Source: Acaryochloris thomasi RCC1774 (GTDB lineage Bacteria; Cyanobacteriota; Cyanobacteriia; Thermosynechococcales; Thermosynechococcaceae). From it: a DNA stretch of 32,000 bases. The notes under the pieces were generated by a model, which was not told the DNA's origin, did not search any database, and was given only the letters and a program-made list of their open reading frames with translations. The position numbers and the translations under genes are program-made. The stretch covers positions 1-32,000 of the forward strand of contig NZ_PQWO01000026.1 in assembly GCF_003231495.1 (NCBI RefSeq), in the 5' to 3' direction. Below, piece by piece: positions 1-7,145 of the stretch; within the stretch, counting starts at the first letter, position 1, and each line of letters opens with the position of its first letter.

Positions 1-351
1 GGACACGCTGGTAGAGCAGAAGACACGGAAAACGATGGATGACGACGAGTCAACACTCGCATAAGCATAGGAGAACATACATCCCCTTATCGATAGAATA
101 TCCTTACCCGTTTAGGACTACCAAAAATTCCATAGGAATGTTTCCCTCGTGAACAAACTTGCTGTTCAGCGACCTCTTAGCTTTCTCTTATTTTCGTGGA
201 TTAAAGCTATTGCATTCTTGTCTTTTACGTGATTTCTATCCTCAGATCTCAAATCACTATTCTACGTAGGTATAATGCATCGAATCTGCCATACATATAT
301 TCTTAAGTTGTCTATAAAAATTCCACTTTCCCATAATTTGAGGCAAACAAC

Positions 352-540
352 ATGAATTTCATAGAGCGCTTTTTCGGCAGAATCTTCGGGAATATTCTAT
401 CTCGAATTCGACGCAGCTTTACTTCCTCTGTTGAACGACAAGTTAGGACTTCCGTTGAGAGACAGTATAACAATTCGGTTTCATCTAGGAGTAAGAAATC
501 AAACAGTCGACAAGGACTAGAGCCTGACGAAATTGCTTAG
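352..540 (+). CDS. small basic hypothetical protein (62 aa) directly upstream of the eCIS tail genes
   Basis: ATG at 352 with GAGG (338-341) 10 nt upstream. N-terminus FIERFFGRIFGNILSRIRR looks amphipathic. Internal duplicated SVERQ motif (SSVERQVRTSVERQY). Ser/Arg/Lys-rich tail. No family recognised. Confidence 0.4.
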   Translation: MNFIERFFGRIFGNILSRIRRSFTSSVERQVRTSVERQYNNSVSSRSKKSNSRQGLEPDEIA

Positions 541-662
541 GACTTCTTGTTAGGTTTCTTTTCTAAGAAAAGGTTGAAGGCATCTTAATTGCAACAAAGG
601 TCTAATTGCTTTCAAAAAGTTTGCCTTTATCTTGATGATATCAAAGCGCATCTTACTCGCAT

Positions 663-1508
663 ATGCTTAACTCTCTTCTTCAAACCCTTGCGGAAATTTT
701 AGCCAGCGGTACTGCCCTCGCTAGTACTGAGCAAATTGACTTCAGCCACCCTTCTGCATTTCTGCGGGAGACCGGTAGGGGTTCATCCTTGAATCTCCAT
801 CTGTATGATGTGCGAGCAAGCCAGCAAATGCCGCTAATGGGGCGTCAGGTTGAGCGCCACTATGAAGGCGGACGGCCGGTTGCTAGCATTCAACGGGCAG
901 CCAGTTGGTTTGATGTTTCTATTTTGCTGACGGTTCGTGATCAGACTGTGCTTGGTGAACATCGCTTGTTTTCAGAAGCCCTTGCTTTGCTGATGCGCCA
1001 TCCTGTTTTGCGAGAGGAGTTCTTGGTGTCAGACCTTCAAGGTTATGGTGACCTGCCCATCTCTCTTTCGCGCGATCCCCCGATCGATATTGGGAGCTTA
1101 TGGAGTTCTCTGTCGGCTCCCATACGTCCCGCAATTTATTTGACAGTTACGGTTCCGTTCAATCCTTGGCACAAGACGACCGTTCCTCTGGTTGTCGAAC
1201 GACGCCTCAGAGAAAGCAGTCGATTTCCAGATTCTATGGGCGAAGACTTAGCGGCGCATCGGGTTGCGATCGCAGGTCTGGTCAAGAATGAACTGACCCG
1301 AAGGCCGATTAAAAAAGTGCGCGTCATGTTGGAAGGCACAGAGAAGTCCGTGACCACTAATCCAGAAGGACTGTTCTTCTTCGAGAATCTGAGAACTGGC
1401 AGCTACGTTCTGCAGTTAATGCGCTTCGGTTATCAAGCTCAGAGCTGCAGTGTTCTAGTCGATCAGCAAATCGACACACCCCAGGAAATCTTTCTGATGC
1501 CTTCTTAA
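663..1508 (+). CDS. DUF4255 (Pvc16_N-like, Afp16-type tail cap family) protein with C-terminal carboxypeptidase-regulatory-like beta-sandwich
   Basis: 281 aa. The N-terminal ~170 aa has the layout typical of DUF4255 proteins that flank eCIS sheath genes. The C-terminal segment GLVKNELTRRPIKKVRVMLEGTEKSVTTNPEGLFFFENLRTGSYVLQL resembles CarboxypepD_reg domains. It sits immediately upstream of the sheath gene. Confidence 0.75.
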   Translation: MLNSLLQTLAEILASGTALASTEQIDFSHPSAFLRETGRGSSLNLHLYDVRASQQMPLMGRQVERHYEGGRPVASIQRAASWFDVSILLTVRDQTVLGEHRLFSEALALLMRHPVLREEFLVSDLQGYGDLPISLSRDPPIDIGSLWSSLSAPIRPAIYLTVTVPFNPWHKTTVPLVVERRLRESSRFPDSMGEDLAAHRVAIAGLVKNELTRRPIKKVRVMLEGTEKSVTTNPEGLFFFENLRTGSYVLQLMRFGYQAQSCSVLVDQQIDTPQEIFLMPS

Positions 1509-1563
1509 AGATTCCATCGAAGATTCCAAAACTTATTCATCACAGTAAATACGGAGTAATCCT

Positions 1564-3279
1564 ATGGCTAGATTAGACTATTCGGCTCCAGGCGTATATG
1601 TAGAAGAGGTAGACAGAGGCGCTCGCCCCATTGATGGCGTCAGTACTTCAATAGCGGGCTTTATCGGTTTCACCGAAGATATTCGGGATGACGCTGAACT
1701 CTTTAAGCCTATGTTGGTCACAACCTGGACGCAGTACCTTCGCTACTTTGCAAAACCTAACTCTGATGGGTACACAGATTTTGATGCCTATCTCCCCTTT
1801 GCAGTTCGAGGCTACTTTCTTAATGGAGGCGGGCGATGCTGGGTCACCAGCATTGGTACTCAGCTCCCAGGAATGAAACAGGTTGAGGTAGAAGAAGAAA
1901 CACCAGCTTTGGAAATTCCCCGACGCGGAAACCGCCCTAGCTTAAAGCTGAATCTCCTTCCTCAGCAGGCTGAAGAAGGGAACGTCAAGATTGAGATCAT
2001 CGATGGCTTTCCCCGAGCGCTACCGCCTGGGATGGACGGAGATGAAGAAGACGCAGAGGGAACTGGGACTCTGGGGGGCAACACCTGGTCTGAGACACCA
2101 CCGGATACCGGAGAGTTCTTCGATATCAGAATTTCTCGGGATGGCGAGGTCTTAGAGCAATATGAACACCTGAGTATGGACCCTGAGCCCCAAGCGGCCA
2201 CCTACGTCGTCGAGGCGTTGAGAGGATCTCAATACGTTGCGATTGGTGACATTGCTCAGCCGGGACAACCCCTAGCGCGTCGCCCGTTAAATGGTGAGTA
2301 TGAGGTAAAGGCTCCACTAGAGCAAACATCACCGGAGCAGTTCACTAAAAAAGTTGAAGGGGTGCGTGATGATCGCACAGGGGTACGCGGCATCTTTGAG
2401 ATCGATGAGATTACGATGCTCTGCTTCCCTGATCTAATGCGTGCCTATGAGACGGGTCTCATTGATCTTGAACAGGTCCATGGCGTTATGGAGACCATGG
2501 TGAGTCTGTCGGAAGGGTCCAGTGATGGAGATATTCCGGGCGCCTCAAACCGAATGGTGGTGCTTGATCCCCCCCCGGATCAGACTCGCCCTCAAGATGT
2601 CGTCAAATGGCTAGATGCCTTTGGCCGCCGGTCGATGTTCTCTGCAATGTATTATCCCTGGATCAAGGTTCCGAATCCTCGTAAGGCAGGACGGCCCATT
2701 CTTATTCCACCCAGTGGACACATGATGGGGGTCTGGGGACGCACTGATGAAACCCGAGGAGTGCATAAGGCACCGGCCAATGAGGTACCGAGGGGTGTAA
2801 CGGGTCTGGCATATGACGTCAACTTTCGTGAGCAAGAACTCCTTAACCCTTTGGGTATTAACTGCATTCGTAAGTTTCCTAACCGTGGCATTCGCATCTG
2901 GGGCGCTCGAACGCTAGTAGAACCTGACATAACAGAATGGCGCTACATCAGTGTTCGACGGCTGATTAGCTATATTGAGCGCTCCATTGAAATCGGGACT
3001 CAGTGGGCTGTCTTTGAACCCAATGATCCGAAGTTATGGAGCAAGGTCAGGTATGTTGTCAGCAGCTTTTTGGAACGAATCTGGCGCGAAGGTGCTTTGG
3101 TGGGCAGAGTGCCTCAACAAGCTTTCTTCGTGAAATGCGACGAAGAGATCAATACGCCTGAGACGATGGCACTCGGTCGTTTATATGTTGAAGTCGGCGT
3201 CAGTCCAGTCCGACCCGCTGAATTTGTGGTGTTCAGAATCAGCCAAATGAATTTCCAGTTAGATCAAGGTGACGATTGA
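1564..3279 (+). CDS. contractile tail sheath protein (Afp2-4/Pvc2-4/Cis2-like)
   Basis: 571 aa with GGAG RBS upstream. The N-terminus YSAPGVYVEEVDRG...IAGFIGFTE and the C-terminal core (YYPWIKV, GVWGRTDETRGVHKAPAN, INCIRKFPNRGIRIWGARTL) are classic phage/eCIS/T6SS sheath signatures. Confidence 0.95.
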   Translation: MARLDYSAPGVYVEEVDRGARPIDGVSTSIAGFIGFTEDIRDDAELFKPMLVTTWTQYLRYFAKPNSDGYTDFDAYLPFAVRGYFLNGGGRCWVTSIGTQLPGMKQVEVEEETPALEIPRRGNRPSLKLNLLPQQAEEGNVKIEIIDGFPRALPPGMDGDEEDAEGTGTLGGNTWSETPPDTGEFFDIRISRDGEVLEQYEHLSMDPEPQAATYVVEALRGSQYVAIGDIAQPGQPLARRPLNGEYEVKAPLEQTSPEQFTKKVEGVRDDRTGVRGIFEIDEITMLCFPDLMRAYETGLIDLEQVHGVMETMVSLSEGSSDGDIPGASNRMVVLDPPPDQTRPQDVVKWLDAFGRRSMFSAMYYPWIKVPNPRKAGRPILIPPSGHMMGVWGRTDETRGVHKAPANEVPRGVTGLAYDVNFREQELLNPLGINCIRKFPNRGIRIWGARTLVEPDITEWRYISVRRLISYIERSIEIGTQWAVFEPNDPKLWSKVRYVVSSFLERIWREGALVGRVPQQAFFVKCDEEINTPETMALGRLYVEVGVSPVRPAEFVVFRISQMNFQLDQGDD

Positions 3280-3331
3280 TGGATAGATTCAAATAATTTC
3301 TCAGCACAATTTATAACCTAGGAAATAAATC

Positions 3332-3778
3332 ATGGCAGCAGAGCAGACATTTTGTACGAGTTTCGGTCTTGATTTAGGCGGAGGTGCGGAATTACCTGTC
3401 CTTGGGGTTCAGAATTTGGAGGTTGCGGTTAAGCTGGCTGAACACAATACAGGTACTGCTTCGGATGGATCATTCGGCAGTAAACCCGTTCCTGGCCCAC
3501 GGAATGGCACGGTTGTCACAGTTGACTTTGCCTTAACCAAAAGCAGAGACGTCTACGATTGGTTTAACACAGTGAACCCTAAATACAATGTAGGTGCTAC
3601 GGAAGACCCTAAAGATCTTACTTTATACGGCTATGACGGAGGGACAGCTGTTGGTTTGGAGTTGGTACTTGAAGGTGCTTACCCTATTCGTTGGAGTTTA
3701 TCGGCTGCGGGTATTGAGGAAGAGGGCATCATGAAGGAATCCGTAGATTTTGTTGTTACCAATGTTGTGCAGGCGTAA
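3332..3778 (+). CDS. tail tube protein, T4 gp19-like (paralogue 1)
   Basis: 148 aa, a size typical of eCIS tube subunits. Pattern SFGLDLGG...PGPRNGTVVTVDFALTKSRDVYDWFNTVNP...ESVDFVV. Paralogous to ORF 4011-4475. Adjacent to the sheath gene. Confidence 0.85.
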   Translation: MAAEQTFCTSFGLDLGGGAELPVLGVQNLEVAVKLAEHNTGTASDGSFGSKPVPGPRNGTVVTVDFALTKSRDVYDWFNTVNPKYNVGATEDPKDLTLYGYDGGTAVGLELVLEGAYPIRWSLSAAGIEEEGIMKESVDFVVTNVVQA

Positions 3779-3788
3779 TTTCAAGCTG

Positions 3789-3833
3789 GGGCTGACGTCG
3801 CAAAAAAACAGCGCATTTCTAATGATGTCAGCC
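3789..3833 (+). promoter_or_regulatory. intercistronic RNA stem-loop after tube gene 1
   Basis: GGCTGACGTC (3789-3798) pairs with GATGTCAGCC (3824-3833), giving 10 bp with one G-U and a 25-nt A-rich loop. No U-tract follows, so it is not a canonical intrinsic terminator. Confidence 0.3.
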
Positions 3834-4010
3834 TCAATGAATCCTATTTACAGGGAAAATTCCCCTTATAAATAAGATGCGTCAAGTCAGAGCATAACTA
3901 GAACAAATATTCATATGTCATTAGATTTTTCTTCATGATTCCTAATATTTTGAAGAACAAAGACAGATCCAATTAACGCCTCATCAAGTCAATATATCAG
4001 GAGAATAATC

Positions 4011-4475
4011 ATGGCAGATTCAAATTACGATGTTGCTTTTGCAAGTAAGTATGAAATTAATATTCCAGGATATACTGAGAATCTACCGATCTTTTCGATT
4101 GAGGAACTCTCAGCCAGTGTAGAGGTAATTGCAAGCAATGTCGGGAACAAGGCAGCAGAGCAACTTAGCTGCCCTCAGACTGGCCCCCGGCAGCCTGGAA
4201 ATGTCATTATTACAGCACTTGCAAATACAGACAGCAAAGTATTGTTTGAATGGTTCGATAAAGTTAATCCTGTCGGTGGTATGGGGGCCGATTTATCAGG
4301 CAACTTACAACCACCCAATATCGTTATATCAGATGCAAGTGAGAAGCCGATCCTAACGGTCGACATGATAGATGCATACCCCTTCTCGGTTGTATATGAG
4401 GGTCTTGATTCTAAGCCTTCGGCTCCTGTAAAAATCAAGGTAACAATAGCTTGTTCAGATATTGACTGTTCGTAG
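4011..4475 (+). CDS. tail tube protein, T4 gp19-like (paralogue 2, lower GC)
   Basis: 154 aa with AGGAG RBS. TGPRQPGNVIITALANTDSKVLFEWFDKVNP aligns with PGPRNGTVVTVDFALTKSRDVYDWFNTVNP of paralogue 1. Confidence 0.8.
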   Translation: MADSNYDVAFASKYEINIPGYTENLPIFSIEELSASVEVIASNVGNKAAEQLSCPQTGPRQPGNVIITALANTDSKVLFEWFDKVNPVGGMGADLSGNLQPPNIVISDASEKPILTVDMIDAYPFSVVYEGLDSKPSAPVKIKVTIACSDIDCS

Positions 4476-4499
4476 CTCTGATCCAACTTATTTTTGAAT

Positions 4500-4534
4500 G
4501 CCTAAGAAATTGCATAAAAAATATCTTCTTAGGC
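4500..4534 (+). promoter_or_regulatory. intercistronic RNA stem-loop after tube gene 2
   Basis: Perfect 9-bp inverted repeat GCCTAAGAA (4500-4508) / TTCTTAGGC (4526-4534) with a 17-nt AT-rich loop. Confidence 0.3.
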
Positions 4535-4573
4535 TAAATTACTTAGCCCTTAGTTCTTCGGAAGAAAAACAGC

Positions 4574-5113
4574 ATGTCAATGATGTTTAAAAAGCCCGAT
4601 CCTTTACCTTCTTCTAGGTTCGGTGTAGAACTTGATTTAGATGGTTCTAACAGCACCGATGGTTACTTTATGGATTGTTCGGGAATCAATTATACCCAGG
4701 ATGTAATTGATTTTTGCGAAGTTACCTCTAACCAATGGGGAAATGCAGGTAAAGGACAGGTTGTCAGAACAAAGCTTCCTGGCAACGCCAAGTCCGGTCA
4801 CCTTACGCTCCGCCGAGGGTTGATTAAGTCCATGGCTATATGGGACTGGCTTGAGATCGTGGAGCAAGGAAATTGGGCGAAGAAGCGAAAAAATTGCTCT
4901 CTGTATTTTTATGACAACAATTCCACGCGTACTGTCCATTTAGAGCTTGAGGCGGCCTGGCCTATAAGTTACAAGATCGGCGATGTTAACTCCAATGATG
5001 CTCAGGCCGCGCTTGAAGAAATCGAAATTGCCTTTGAGGGATTTAAACGGATCAAGGCTGGCGGTGCAAAGGATAAGGCGGTGGGGGCGGCGCGCAGAGC
5101 TTGGCATGGATAA
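4574..5113 (+). CDS. tail tube protein, T4 gp19-like (paralogue 3, with basic C-terminal extension)
   Basis: 179 aa. SSRFGVELDLDG...GYFMDCSGINYTQDVIDF...KLPGNAKSGHLTLRRGLIKSMAIWDWLE...LEEIEIAFEGF matches the gp19/Afp1/Afp5 tube pattern (F.V......F....G......PG....ITL.RG......W). Confidence 0.85.
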   Translation: MSMMFKKPDPLPSSRFGVELDLDGSNSTDGYFMDCSGINYTQDVIDFCEVTSNQWGNAGKGQVVRTKLPGNAKSGHLTLRRGLIKSMAIWDWLEIVEQGNWAKKRKNCSLYFYDNNSTRTVHLELEAAWPISYKIGDVNSNDAQAALEEIEIAFEGFKRIKAGGAKDKAVGAARRAWHG

Positions 5114-5157
5114 AGGAGATAAAGCTCTCAATATCGTTATTGATTCGTGAGGCTCTC

Positions 5158-6528
5158 ATGAATAGTGGACTTGCGATCGCATCTATAACTGCGGTCCTAA
5201 AAAATCTATTAGAAGACGGCTTAGTGCAGAATACAGCACTATCCAGCATGGGTAATATTCTGGTCACGACCCTTCCACCCGACCAGATTTCAGTCGGCGT
5301 CGATGGCCAGCCCCAGCTCAATCTATTCTTATACCAGGTTTCGCAAAATCGCAATGCAGACTGGATTGGGCATGGTGCTCAAGAGACAAATCCAGACAAT
5401 TTCAGTCGTTCTGCTCAGGCGAACCCCCTGAATGAAACATCACGACTCGCCATCAACCTCCACTATTTAATTACCGTTTACGGAACTCAAGATTTTCAGA
5501 CAGAGATGCTGCTAGGGTGCGTCATGCAGCTTATGCATCAAAGCCCTGTGCTCTCTAATGATGCGATTCGCAGTTCGCTAAAGCATGCTGCATCTATGAA
5601 TCGCGCCGGACCTTTTGCTCAAGCAGTTGCATCGAACTCATTTGATGTCTTGATTAACCAACTCGGTCAAGTACAAATTGAGCCAGATCTATTCGATACC
5701 GAGCAAATGTCTAAATTATGGTCTCTGCTGCAAGGTTCGTACCGTCCCTCTGTTACCTACCAGGTTTCAATGGTGTCCATCTCCTCGGAGAAATCTTCTA
5801 ACCCAATGGTGATGGATTCTAGAGAAGAAGCATCTAACGATAGAGAAGTCCCAGTTATTGAAAAGGTGATAGCTTCACCCGCGACCAATGGTGCGATCAC
5901 ACCGGGTTGCGATCTCATTCTCTATGGCAAACATCTAGACGGCGATATCACCAAAGTTCGTCTCGATGGGGATGAGCTAACTCCTACCGTTGTCGAAGAT
6001 ATAAGGCTTTTAGTGAAATCGTCGCCTACACTTCAGGCCGGGGTGCACCAGATTCAGGTGATTCATAAAGAGGTTACTGATCCTCTGTCTGCAAGTGGTA
6101 TTTCCTCCAATGCGGCCACTTTTATACTTCGACCACGCATCACAGCTTCTGCCAAGATACCAAACAGCGATAGTCAACAGCAGTCTGAAGAGACAACTAT
6201 AGCGGTTCAATTCACACCAAAAATTTCACCACAGCAGCAGGTTTACCTCAAATTAATTTCAGTTGATGAGTACTCAGATAAAGTCTATCAAATCAGAACT
6301 CCTCCCGGAGATTTAGAGACTGATACCGTTGAGATCTCGGTCAATGATATTCCATCAGGACCATATCTAGTACAGGCCCAAGTTGATGGAGCTGAGAGTC
6401 TATTAGATGTTGATCAGAGTAAGAATCGAGTCATAATTCAAACTCAAAATCTAGCCTCTAGCAACGAGGATGAAGAAATGAATGGAATGGAACATCAGGT
6501 TACTGCGCTAACAGGTGGTGACTTTTAA
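5158..6528 (+). CDS. second DUF4255 (Pvc16_N-like) protein with C-terminal Ig/IPT-like repeats
   Basis: I prefer the ATG at 5158 (MNSGLAIASITAVLKNLLEDGL, the usual DUF4255 N-terminus) over the TTG at 5101 in the ORF track. The C-terminal half has two IPT/Ig-like stretches (ITPGCDLILYGKHLDGDITKVRLDG..., ...VEISVNDIPSGPYLVQAQVDG). Confidence 0.75.
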   Translation: MNSGLAIASITAVLKNLLEDGLVQNTALSSMGNILVTTLPPDQISVGVDGQPQLNLFLYQVSQNRNADWIGHGAQETNPDNFSRSAQANPLNETSRLAINLHYLITVYGTQDFQTEMLLGCVMQLMHQSPVLSNDAIRSSLKHAASMNRAGPFAQAVASNSFDVLINQLGQVQIEPDLFDTEQMSKLWSLLQGSYRPSVTYQVSMVSISSEKSSNPMVMDSREEASNDREVPVIEKVIASPATNGAITPGCDLILYGKHLDGDITKVRLDGDELTPTVVEDIRLLVKSSPTLQAGVHQIQVIHKEVTDPLSASGISSNAATFILRPRITASAKIPNSDSQQQSEETTIAVQFTPKISPQQQVYLKLISVDEYSDKVYQIRTPPGDLETDTVEISVNDIPSGPYLVQAQVDGAESLLDVDQSKNRVIIQTQNLASSNEDEEMNGMEHQVTALTGGDF

Positions 6529-6625
6529 TGTAGCTCCATCTCATTTGATTAAAGAATATTGGATTGCTTCGGACAAAGTTGAGACTAAAGGCAATCATTA
6601 GTAAAGAAAAAGGAGTTTAGATCAC

Positions 6626-7018
6626 ATGCCTACTACAAGAAGTGGAGGAAAACGAGCAAGAAGTACTGGTGGACACGACTTGAGAAATAGTGGTGGGACT
6701 TCAACCAACTACAACGAAACTCCTGCAGGGATGAAGTCTCGCCCTCAATGGAATGAGGATGTGAAGACACAAGTTTACGCAGACGCTCACGCAGGGGGAG
6801 GGCAATATCGATGTGCAGAAACCGACGGGCTTTACCCTAAAAATGAAATGTCAATCGATCACATAGTGCCGTGGAAACAATATTGCTATGAGAATTCGGA
6901 TGTCAACGATAGAGCCTCTGTTACAGCTGCATACAACAACATAAGCAATCTTCGACTCGTGAGTAGAAGCGCAAACTCAAGTATGGGTGATGGAGGAAAT
7001 CATTTAAACAACTTGTAA
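6626..7018 (+). CDS. small HNH (beta-beta-alpha-Me) nuclease-like protein with disordered N-terminus
   Basis: 130 aa with AAAGGAG RBS. SIDHIVPW ... NISNLRLVSRSANSSMG fits the HNH motif D-H...N-L..L.....N. The first ~45 aa are Gly/Ser/Arg/Thr-rich and probably disordered. Confidence 0.6.
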   Translation: MPTTRSGGKRARSTGGHDLRNSGGTSTNYNETPAGMKSRPQWNEDVKTQVYADAHAGGGQYRCAETDGLYPKNEMSIDHIVPWKQYCYENSDVNDRASVTAAYNNISNLRLVSRSANSSMGDGGNHLNNL

Positions 7019-7145
7019 TAAGATCTTATATTGCTTGGCGTCAGAATTTATTTTTTTGTCAGCCTCAAGAACAAAATATAGGTAAAAACTGTAAAAAACC
7101 TATATAGATAGAGGCAGTTTTGTTCTGACCTCAAAGGAGTAGAAT

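Noticed and set aside
1-64. Possible 3' end of an upstream + strand gene (frame 2: ...DTLVEQKTRKTMDDDESTLA, stop at 62-64).
   Set aside because: Only 20 codons are visible and no motif is present. It cannot be distinguished from a chance open frame at the window edge.
3826-7068. Shared 12-mer TGTCAGCCTCAA in two intergenic spacers of the tail operon (3826-3837 and 7057-7068).
   Set aside because: A single shared 12-mer is within chance expectation for a 32-kb window (tens of such pairs are expected overall). The flanks do not align.
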